From: Syntrophales bacterium
GTDB taxonomy: Bacteria; Desulfobacterota; Syntrophia; Syntrophales; UBA2251
Reading direction: 5' to 3'
Length of the DNA stretch: 64,000 bases
Assembly: GCA_035358035.1 (NCBI GenBank)
Contig: DAOPOS010000008.1
Span: 7,724-71,723 of the forward strand
Shown here: positions 9,855 through 17,568 of the stretch, piece by piece
Layout of the letters: the number at the start of each line of letters is the position of its first letter
How positions within the stretch are numbered: position 1 is the stretch's first letter
Notes under the pieces: generated by a model
Seen by the model: only the letters and a program-made list of their open reading frames with translations
What the model was told of the DNA's origin: nothing
Databases searched by the model: none
Made by a program: the position numbers and the translations under genes

Positions 9855-10133
9855 ATGGAACCGAAACAGATGGCGAAGCAGATGATGCAGTTCAACAAGG
9901 CCGCTTTCGACAACACCTTTAACGCCATGACGGTGCTGCAGGATCAGGCGGAGAAGATGATGAACAGCGTGATCGAGCAGAGCGCCTGGATGCCCGCGGA
10001 AGGCAAGAAGGCCCTGTATGACTGGCTCAAGGCCTACAAGCGGGGACGCGAGGACTTCAAGGCCGCGGCGGACGACAATTACAAGAAGGTCGAAGCGTTC
10101 TTTGCCGGCCTGGAGAAGGGCAAGGGCGCCTAG
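9855..10133 (+). CDS. Small helical protein, phasin-like (paralog 2)
   Basis: 92 aa, RBS AAGGAG; shares AKQM..F.K..FDNTF and PAEGK.A...WLK.YK.GRE.FK with paralog 1. Confidence 0.7.
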   Translation: MEPKQMAKQMMQFNKAAFDNTFNAMTVLQDQAEKMMNSVIEQSAWMPAEGKKALYDWLKAYKRGREDFKAAADDNYKKVEAFFAGLEKGKGA

Positions 10134-10248
10134 GGTCGCCGGCGGCAACCCTGTCCCGACGGGGGGATGACGAGGGGCTTCCCCTGCATCGCGACGACGA
10201 CCGCCGTCGCACCGCCGGATGTCCGCTCTGCCGGAGGATGGAAACGTC

Positions 10249-10734
10249 ATGGACGCAAGATTCTATGAGTTCTGGGTCCGGTTTTTTTCGTCCCTGGCGC
10301 AGGGACGGAACCCCTGGGAAGATTGGATTCCCGGGCGGACCCCGGCGGCCGGCGGCGCCGCCGACTTCGCGGAATTCTTCCGCGGGATGGACGGATGGGG
10401 GCGCCGGGCGGAAGGCGACCTGCCGGGCGGGGAGCTGTGGCAGGCGTCGGCGGAGGCGTTTGAGAAATCGCTCAAGGACTTCCTCGCCCTCTTCGACGTG
10501 GTTTCCCGGGAGGATTATCGGGCCCTGCAGGACGAATGCGCGGCCCTGAAGGAAAAGGTCGCGAGTCAAGAAAAGACCATTGCGGGCCTGAAACGGCGGC
10601 GCGGAAGGAAAGCGGGCGCCTCCCCGGAGGAAACGGTGGAACAGCTCCGGGAGGTCATCCGCAAGCAGAATGAGGAATTCCAGTCGCTCATGAAGACCGC
10701 GTCCGATCTCTTTGAAGGGCCCCCGACATCCTGA
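10249..10734 (+). CDS. Hypothetical coiled-coil protein, possibly PHA granule-associated
   Basis: About 161 aa; FDVVSREDYRALQDECAALKEKV heptads; follows the phasin-like pair on the same strand. Start uncertain (10219 or 10249). Confidence 0.6.
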   Translation: MDARFYEFWVRFFSSLAQGRNPWEDWIPGRTPAAGGAADFAEFFRGMDGWGRRAEGDLPGGELWQASAEAFEKSLKDFLALFDVVSREDYRALQDECAALKEKVASQEKTIAGLKRRRGRKAGASPEETVEQLREVIRKQNEEFQSLMKTASDLFEGPPTS

Positions 10735-10791
10735 ACGGCGAACGTCCGGGCCTCGCGTCCTGCCGCTTCGGGGGTCTGCGGTCGGTTGGTC

Positions 10792-11217
10792 TTATGGCTT
10801 CGCCTTGGGCGGGCTGACCAGGGCCTCGCCGTCGAGAACGACGGTGCCGTCCTGGTTGGTGCAGGTGGTCTTCAGGCGGACACGGTTCTTCTCGGCCAGC
10901 ACCTCGATGACCTCCACCCGGGCTGTGACGGTGTCGCCGAAGCGGACCGGCGCCAGAAAGCTGAGCGACTGCTTCAGGTAGATCGTGCCGGGGCCGGGGA
11001 GCTGCATGCCCAGCAGGTTCGAAATGAAGCCGGCGGTGAACATGCCATGGGCGATCCGGGTTTTGAAGAAGGTGTTTTTGGCGTAGGCCTCGTTGATGTG
11101 GGCGGGATTCAGATCCCCCGTGATCCCGGCGTAGAGATAGATGTCCGTTTCCGTCACGGTCTTCGAAAATTCGGCGGCGTCGCCCACCTTGATCCGATCG
11201 ATCGACTTACCGTTCAT
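10792..11217 (-). CDS. phaJ: MaoC-family (R)-specific enoyl-CoA hydratase
   Basis: Hydratase 2 motif YAGITGDLNPAHINE (catalytic D and H), IAHGM, PGPGTIY, FLAPVRFGD. Confidence 0.88.
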   Translation of the reverse strand: MNGKSIDRIKVGDAAEFSKTVTETDIYLYAGITGDLNPAHINEAYAKNTFFKTRIAHGMFTAGFISNLLGMQLPGPGTIYLKQSLSFLAPVRFGDTVTARVEVIEVLAEKNRVRLKTTCTNQDGTVVLDGEALVSPPKAKP

Positions 11218-11246
11218 GTTCCCCTGTCCCCCTTTCCCGATCGCGC

Positions 11247-12293
11247 CTAAAACCAGCAGCGGTGACTCCAGATTTCATCCTTGAGTTCCTTCATGTCGCT
11301 CTTGAGCATCAGGTAGAGGCCGGCGTTCTGGATGGCCAGCCCCCCCTGGTAGGCCAGGGCGGTGACCAGCAGGATTTCATCCTCCGTAAACTCGCGGGCC
11401 ACGGCGCTGTACAGCCGGAGAACGCCGATCACCCGTTCCTTCGACTTGATGGGAACGCTCAGGATGGTGACGATGCCCTCCGCCTTTTTTTCCTTCTTGT
11501 ACTGGACGCCCTTGTCCGTCGAGGCGTTCCGGACGACCACCGGCTTTCCCTTCAGGGCCTCGGCGATGCTCTTTTCCGCGGAAATCGGCCCCTTGTTGAG
11601 GTATTTCTCGCTGAGCCCGCAGCTGGCGACGAGCTTCAGGGTGTTGCTCTCCTCGTCCAGTAGACGGATCGAGGCCGCCTTGACCCCGATCGCCTGGGAG
11701 ACCTCGTAGCTCAGGGTCTGGAGGATGTCCTTGATGTCGAGGCTGGAGTTGATGCTGGCGGCCAGATCGAGGAAGATCCGGGTGTTCTCCCGCAGCCTTT
11801 CGACCAGCCGCGCGGTTTCGACCGCCACCCCGCCCTGTTCGGCCAGAACCGTCAGGAATTCGATCTCCTCGGCGGAGAAATCCCTCACCTTGGCCGTATA
11901 CAGCGAGAGGGTGCCGATGAAACGGCCTTTGACCCGGACCGGAACCACCAGAATGGAGGCGATGCCTTCCGCCCTTTTCGTCTCCCGGTTTTCCACCCCG
12001 GGATCGGAAGCGGCGTCGCGGAAGTGGAGGTACCCCTTTTTCAGGAGGAGGGGGATTTCCTTCTTGACGTGCGCCAGTCCCGCATGGACATAATTTTTTG
12101 AAAGGCCCGTCTGGGCGACGGGGACGTAGGTTCCCTTCTCCTCATCCATCAGGAAAAGGCAGGCCGCCTTGCCCCCCATGGCCTCGAGGACGCCCTGAAC
12201 GATCAGCTGCAGGATCTTATCCCGTTCCAGGGTCGTTCCCAGGGCCCGGCCGATCTTGACGATGGTCCTGAAATAATTGTTTTGCTTGGTCAT
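11247..12293 (-). CDS. Stand-alone tandem GAF-domain protein
   Basis: Two internal repeats (SILVVPVRVKGRFIGTLSLYT...FSAEEIEFLTVLAEQGG / TILSVPIKSKERVIGVLRLYS...FTEDEILLVTALAYQGG); no output domain. Confidence 0.85.
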   Translation of the reverse strand: MTKQNNYFRTIVKIGRALGTTLERDKILQLIVQGVLEAMGGKAACLFLMDEEKGTYVPVAQTGLSKNYVHAGLAHVKKEIPLLLKKGYLHFRDAASDPGVENRETKRAEGIASILVVPVRVKGRFIGTLSLYTAKVRDFSAEEIEFLTVLAEQGGVAVETARLVERLRENTRIFLDLAASINSSLDIKDILQTLSYEVSQAIGVKAASIRLLDEESNTLKLVASCGLSEKYLNKGPISAEKSIAEALKGKPVVVRNASTDKGVQYKKEKKAEGIVTILSVPIKSKERVIGVLRLYSAVAREFTEDEILLVTALAYQGGLAIQNAGLYLMLKSDMKELKDEIWSHRCWF

Positions 12294-12357
12294 GGGATCT
12301 CTCCTGTCTCGTGTCTGCCATCCGTTGCGGGGGGAAGGCTTCCCTCTCAAGACCGCT

Positions 12358-13593
12358 TTATTTATTCACCGCCCGCTTTGCCGGCCGGAGTCTCTCACTC
12401 TGAAGCCTTTTTTTCTTCGGGGGACGCGCCGGGGCCGGCCGGCCCTTCCCCCGCGCCGCTTTCCCGGGGGTGAACTTGACGATCGCCGCCCCTTTCGATG
12501 CCGGCCGGACGTCCGGCTCGTCCCTTTCCATCAGCCAGCGCGCGATTTTGGGTGCAAATTCTCGCTGGCTCTTGGAACTGACATAGATCCCGATATGGCC
12601 GGTATCGAGATTGACGTCCTCCGTATCCCGGCTGCCGACGTGCCGGGTGAGCTGTTCGCAGGCCGCCGGCGGGACCAGGTGATCGTACATGCCGTAGAAG
12701 TTCAGAAGCGGCATCGTGATTTTCTTGAGATCGACCCGCTTGCCGCCCAGTTTCATCTTGCTCTGGATCAGGAGATTCTTCTTGTAGCAGTCGTTGATGA
12801 ACTGCCGGAAGGTCTCGCCGGGGACGTCGGGGCTGTCGAAGATCCACTTCTCCATGCGGACGAAGTTTTCCACGAAGGGCTTGTTGTCCGCGTTCTCCAG
12901 GAAACCGACGTATTTGTCGATCATGAGGCGGGCCGGGTTCAACAGCAGAAACCCCAGGTTCATCAGATCCGCCGGGATGTTGCCGAAGGTGTCGACGATC
13001 CGGTCGGCGTCGAGGGCCTTCATCCAGATGTGGAGCAGGCCGGTGTCGGTGTCGAAGTGGGTCGGCGTCACCGTCGTGATCAGGTTCTTGACCTTTTCCG
13101 CGTGGAGCGCGGCGTACATGACGCAGAACGAACCGCCCATGCAGATTCCCATGAGGTTGATCCGGGGCAGGTTGTGCTTCCTGCGGATGAAATCCACCGC
13201 ATGATCCAGATAGCCGTTGACGTGATCGTCGATGGTGAGAAACCGGTCCTTCCGGGAGGGATAGCCCCAATCGACCATGTAGAGATCGATGCCGTCCCGG
13301 AGGAAGTTCTTGACCACGCTCCGGTCCGGCTGGAGATCCAGCATGGTTTCGCGGTTGATCAGGGCGTAAACGACCAGGAGGGGGGTCTTGAGCCTGGCCT
13401 CGCCTTCGAGGCGGTAGTGCTTCAGCCTGACGCGGTCTTCCTCGTAGACGACGTCATAGGGCGTGGACGCGATCTCGGTCGACAGCTCGCTGAGCAGGAC
13501 CTCCGACACCTTGGTGACCCGCGCCTGCGCCTTTTCCGTGTCTTCGGCCAGGCTGGCCAGAATGAGATCGAGGGGAATCTTGGGCTGATCCAT
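12358..13593 (-). CDS. phaC: Class III PHA synthase subunit PhaC
   Basis: PLLVVYALINR, lipase-box Cys GICMGG, Asp in YGMYDHLVP, His in DTGHIG, MEKWIFDSPDVPGE; adjacent to phaE. Confidence 0.95.
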   Translation of the reverse strand: MDQPKIPLDLILASLAEDTEKAQARVTKVSEVLLSELSTEIASTPYDVVYEEDRVRLKHYRLEGEARLKTPLLVVYALINRETMLDLQPDRSVVKNFLRDGIDLYMVDWGYPSRKDRFLTIDDHVNGYLDHAVDFIRRKHNLPRINLMGICMGGSFCVMYAALHAEKVKNLITTVTPTHFDTDTGLLHIWMKALDADRIVDTFGNIPADLMNLGFLLLNPARLMIDKYVGFLENADNKPFVENFVRMEKWIFDSPDVPGETFRQFINDCYKKNLLIQSKMKLGGKRVDLKKITMPLLNFYGMYDHLVPPAACEQLTRHVGSRDTEDVNLDTGHIGIYVSSKSQREFAPKIARWLMERDEPDVRPASKGAAIVKFTPGKAARGKGRPAPARPPKKKRLQSERLRPAKRAVNK

Positions 13594-13626
13594 AAGCGTC
13601 TCTCCTCGCCGGGCGGCCGCGCACCC

Positions 13627-14520
13627 TCAATCCGTGTTCAATTGCCTCTCCAGCTCCCGCACCCGCTTTTTCAACTGGTGAAGATCCCGGTAGAGCGCGT
13701 CGACTTCCTTGTGGGTGGGCACGGGCAGGAGCTGCAGGATATCCTGAACAACCTCGTTTTTGGCGATAATGAATTCCGACAGCTGATTGAACATCTCGCC
13801 GAGTGCCTGGTTGTACTCCGGCGACTTGAAGAGCGTCATGAAATGGCCTTCAAGGATCTTGACCCACAGGTTGTAGTACTCCTTGGCCTGCTTCGGAACC
13901 TTCCCCTGCTGCGCCAGCTTTTCAACCTCCTGCTGCATCACCTTGGCGGTCTGCTCGAAGGGGAGGTTGAGCAGGGAAAAGAATTCCGCGCTCGTTGCCT
14001 TGAGCAAGGCGAGCTTGTCGAAGAGCAGGTTCATCCGCTCCTGATAGAATCGGGTCAGACCCAGCTGGGGGATGTAAAAGAACTGACGGATCTCTTTTTC
14101 GTAGATGTCCTTCAGCGTCTTGAAGAACTCCTGGTCCAGGTTCTCGAAGTGGTAGGCCTCGACCTTCCGGCCGATCTTGCCGGCCTTCTCGATGTTGACC
14201 TTCTGAATCTGAAAGCAGGTGTCCCAGGAGGCTTCGGCGACCTTGAGAAACAGGTCGGGGAGGGCGTCAAGACTCTTTGATGCGGCGCTCGCCGCGGCCG
14301 GATCGCTCATCGTGGTGGAAAGCGACTGCCACATCTTGAGGGCCGTTTCCATCGATTCGAGGGACCGGTTGCGCGGCGGTTTCTGGGTGGAGGGCCCCGC
14401 CGCGGTCCCCGTCGGGGGCGGCACCATTTTCAGGAGCGAGGTCCACAGATCCGCCCCCGCCTTGATCCAGTCGGGGGGAAAAAGCCCGTCCGGGGCTTGA
14501 CCCTGCTGCGTCTCGTCCAT
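13627..14520 (-). CDS. phaE: Class III PHA synthase subunit PhaE
   Basis: PQLGLTRFYQE, YYNLWVKILEGHF...SPEY, LPVPTHKEVDALYRDLHQLKKRVRELE; directly upstream of phaC. Confidence 0.9.
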   Translation of the reverse strand: MDETQQGQAPDGLFPPDWIKAGADLWTSLLKMVPPPTGTAAGPSTQKPPRNRSLESMETALKMWQSLSTTMSDPAAASAASKSLDALPDLFLKVAEASWDTCFQIQKVNIEKAGKIGRKVEAYHFENLDQEFFKTLKDIYEKEIRQFFYIPQLGLTRFYQERMNLLFDKLALLKATSAEFFSLLNLPFEQTAKVMQQEVEKLAQQGKVPKQAKEYYNLWVKILEGHFMTLFKSPEYNQALGEMFNQLSEFIIAKNEVVQDILQLLPVPTHKEVDALYRDLHQLKKRVRELERQLNTD

Positions 14521-14691
14521 CGCACACCTCATGAGCCGGCAATGCCGCCCGGGGGATGGCGCCTCCCCCGCGCCCTTCTCTGTCTGCACGCGAAAAAAGG
14601 CCCTGCACCGATCCCGTGACGCGGAAGGTCAGGCGGCAAGATTGAGCAGGAACGACCCTGAAACGACGATTGATGAATATATCCAAACGAT

Positions 14692-15564
14692 TCAACCGTC
14701 AAGGGAAAAGATGCCGGCATGGTAGGAACTGCGCACGAGCGGCCCCGCCTCGACATGCCGGAAGCCCAGTCCCAGGGCGATTTCCCTGAATTCGGCGAAC
14801 TCGGCGGGGGGGTAGTACCGGGTGACGGGCCAGTGACGGCGCGTCGGCTGCTGGTACTGGCCGATCGTGACGCGCTGGCAGCGGACGGTGGCCAGGTCGT
14901 GGAGCAGGGCGACGATGGCGTCCCGGGTCTCGCCCAGGCCGATCATGAAGCCGGACTTGCTGACGATGTCCCGGTGCGGGTGAAGGGCGGCCAGCAGCCT
15001 CAGGGAGCGTTTGTAGTCCCCCTGCGGGCGGAGGCCCGGAAACAGGGATCTGACGACCTCGATGTTGTGATTGATCACCTCCGGTCCGGCGTCGATGATC
15101 CGCTCCAGCGCCGCGCGGCTCCCCTGGAGATCCGGGATCAGGACCTCGATGCGGCAGTCCGGGAGGCGCGTGCGCAGCAGGTGGATGCAGTGGGCGAAAT
15201 GTCCCGCGCCCCCGTCGGGCAGGTCGTCCCGGGTGACGGAGGTGATGACGACGTAGCGGAGACCGAGGGCGCGGACGGCCTCCACGAGACGCTCCGGCTC
15301 GCCGGCATCCACCGGCGCGGGCGTCCCCTGGCGGATGTGACAGTAGCGGCAGCCGCGCGTGCAGGTGTCGCCCAGGATGAGAAACGTGGCCGTTCCCGCC
15401 CGGAAACACTCCCCCCGGTTGGGGCAGAGGGCCTCCTGGCAGACGCTGTGGAGGCTCAGTTCGGCGAGGGTGCGCGCGATCCGGTGGTCCTCCTCGCCGC
15501 CCGGCAGCCGGACCTTCAGCCAGGGGGGCTTCCGAAGCGGGGGGCGGGCCGTTTTTGCATTCAT
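14692..15564 (-). CDS. lipA: Lipoyl synthase
   Basis: RKPPWLKVRL, auxiliary cluster CQEALCPNRGEC, radical SAM CTRGCRYC, TIGQYQQP, C-terminal VRSSY. Confidence 0.96.
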   Translation of the reverse strand: MNAKTARPPLRKPPWLKVRLPGGEEDHRIARTLAELSLHSVCQEALCPNRGECFRAGTATFLILGDTCTRGCRYCHIRQGTPAPVDAGEPERLVEAVRALGLRYVVITSVTRDDLPDGGAGHFAHCIHLLRTRLPDCRIEVLIPDLQGSRAALERIIDAGPEVINHNIEVVRSLFPGLRPQGDYKRSLRLLAALHPHRDIVSKSGFMIGLGETRDAIVALLHDLATVRCQRVTIGQYQQPTRRHWPVTRYYPPAEFAEFREIALGLGFRHVEAGPLVRSSYHAGIFSLDG

Positions 15565-15575
15565 CGTCAGATCGC

Positions 15576-17411
15576 TCAGAAGTAGTACCAGATCGACTTG
15601 TAGTCGCTGATGTTTTCGCCGTCCGCGGCCAGCCGCTTCAGGTAGTCGTAGATGGAGACGTCCGTGTAGAGATAGTCGAAATTCGTCGTGATCCGCGCCT
15701 CCCAGGTGTAGAAGCGGTACACCCGGCGGCCGTCGGGCAGGATCATGATGATCTCGTGGTCCTGCCAGGCCCGCAGGTTCGACTTCCCCAGGCGGGGGAC
15801 GTTGAAGACCGGTTCGTCCGTCCGGACGACGCCGGGCAGGAGACGGGCCTCCTCCTTCCGCTCCTGCTCGATGCGGGCCATCGGGACCCGGAAGTCCGCC
15901 GTCTCCTCCTTTCCCATCGTGTTGAAGGTGTAGTAGGGATCGATTCCGGAGAGCTTCAGCATCCGCCGGAGCAGGCAGAGTTCGAAGCGGCGGCTGTTGT
16001 AGTACGTGAAGACGTGCTGATTGTAGACATTGACGCCCAGGGCCTTGATCCGCTTGACCGCATCGAGGGCCTCGGGCGTCAGCTCCGCGGCGTGCTCGAA
16101 ATGGGTGGAGATGCAGATCTCCCGGCGGCCCCATTCGTGGTATTTCCTCAGGATCTCGAGGAAGCCCTCATCGATCCGGAAGGGGAGGGTGACCGGAACG
16201 CGGGTGCTGATCCGGATGCGCTCGACGTGGGGGATGTGGGCCAGCTGCTCGACGATCCATTCCAGGCGGCGGTTGTCCAGGCACAGGGGGTCGCCGCCGG
16301 TCACCAGGACCTCGCTGATATGGTCGTTGTCGCGGATCCACGCGACGGCCTCGCGGAGCGCCTCCGGAGGCAGCATCGCGGGGTCGTCGATCTGCTTCAC
16401 CTCCCAGTTGCGCTGGCAATAGACGCAGATTTGCGGACAGGCGTTGAAGGGCTTCAGGATCACGACCTTCGGGTACCGGCGGGTGATCCCGTCGACGGGG
16501 CTCGTCGAGCGCTCCTGCATGAAGTCCATGTCGACGCCCTGCTCCCGGTTGGCCGCGACGCTGGCGCAGTACCGGACGGACGGCAGGACCTGGGCGCGGA
16601 TCTGACGGTCCTCGTCGGTGCGTCCCGAGGCGTTGAACAGGGACAGGTAATAGGGGGTGATCTCCACGGGGATGCCCTTTTGGGCCGCCATCGCGAGCCC
16701 CGCCGTCTCGTCGTCGTCGAGCCGGACGAGCCGGGCGATCGTGTCGAGATCCGTCAGGATGTGCTGCAGGTGCCACCGGGGGTCCCGCCAGTCGGCCTCC
16801 GAGGCCCCGAAGTGCGCGAGGATCTCCGCCTTGAGCTTCCGCCGCTGACGGATGAGGGCGGCGTCGAATCCGGTCCGGTAGCGCCGGCGGTAGCGCCGCA
16901 TGATGGCCGAGTAGGCGTCGAGCTGCCGCGAGCGGGCCGTCGCCGCGGTACGGTCCTGGGCGGCCGACCGGCCGTCCGCTCCCCTCAGGAGTTCCGGGAT
17001 TTTCGGCTGCTTGCCGGCCTTGCCGGTGATGCCCTTGAAGAAGGCGAGGTACTCGCACAGAAAGGCCTCGCTGACCTGCTCCAGCGCCCCCGGGCGGTTC
17101 TGGGCCAGGTCGTAGAGGACGGTGAGCGGCGAGGCGCCGGTCAGGTGCTCGTTTTCCGTCCGGATGGTGTTGGAGAAGACGCGGAGGCATTCCTTGGCGT
17201 TTCTCTTTTCGATGGAATTCATGGTCGCGTAGGGGGTGTCCGGCTTCATGTTGAACATCGAGCGGTTGAGCTGGTTGAAGTAGTCGAACAGGATGTGGCG
17301 TGCCTCCTCGACGTGCTTGGAGCCGGCGAGGATCCTCCGGATCTGCGGGTCGGCGGCCCACAGCTTCTCGACGAGTTCCTTCCTGCCCAGGGAGAGAATG
17401 TTCTTGGCCAT
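15576..17411 (-). CDS. KamA-family PLP-dependent radical SAM enzyme (aminomutase-like) with ~200-aa N-terminal extension; substrate unknown
   Basis: ITRRYP, CPQICVYCQR, VLVTGGDPL, RISTRVPV, THFEH, PYY and PRLGK (PLP-Lys position). ATG 17411 is preferred over TTG 17477. Confidence 0.85.
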   Translation of the reverse strand: MAKNILSLGRKELVEKLWAADPQIRRILAGSKHVEEARHILFDYFNQLNRSMFNMKPDTPYATMNSIEKRNAKECLRVFSNTIRTENEHLTGASPLTVLYDLAQNRPGALEQVSEAFLCEYLAFFKGITGKAGKQPKIPELLRGADGRSAAQDRTAATARSRQLDAYSAIMRRYRRRYRTGFDAALIRQRRKLKAEILAHFGASEADWRDPRWHLQHILTDLDTIARLVRLDDDETAGLAMAAQKGIPVEITPYYLSLFNASGRTDEDRQIRAQVLPSVRYCASVAANREQGVDMDFMQERSTSPVDGITRRYPKVVILKPFNACPQICVYCQRNWEVKQIDDPAMLPPEALREAVAWIRDNDHISEVLVTGGDPLCLDNRRLEWIVEQLAHIPHVERIRISTRVPVTLPFRIDEGFLEILRKYHEWGRREICISTHFEHAAELTPEALDAVKRIKALGVNVYNQHVFTYYNSRRFELCLLRRMLKLSGIDPYYTFNTMGKEETADFRVPMARIEQERKEEARLLPGVVRTDEPVFNVPRLGKSNLRAWQDHEIIMILPDGRRVYRFYTWEARITTNFDYLYTDVSIYDYLKRLAADGENISDYKSIWYYF

Positions 17412-17444
17412 GAGACGGGTCCCCGTGTGTCTTGGTCGAGGGAC

Positions 17445-17473
17445 ATTCTGGCCGAAGCCGCCCCCGACGTCAA
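17445..17473 (-). promoter_or_regulatory. Possible internal sigma70 promoter for kamA-like gene and lipA
   Basis: Minus strand TTGACG (17473-17468), 17 nt, CAGAAT (17450-17445). Confidence 0.5.
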
Positions 17474-17568
17474 TCATTTCCTGACAGGCGTGATCGCGCC
17501 CCTCCCGCGCCCCCTCCGGAGACCGGCTCGAAGGGTTCCGATGTCCCCGGCGCTTTCCCGGCCATGGG

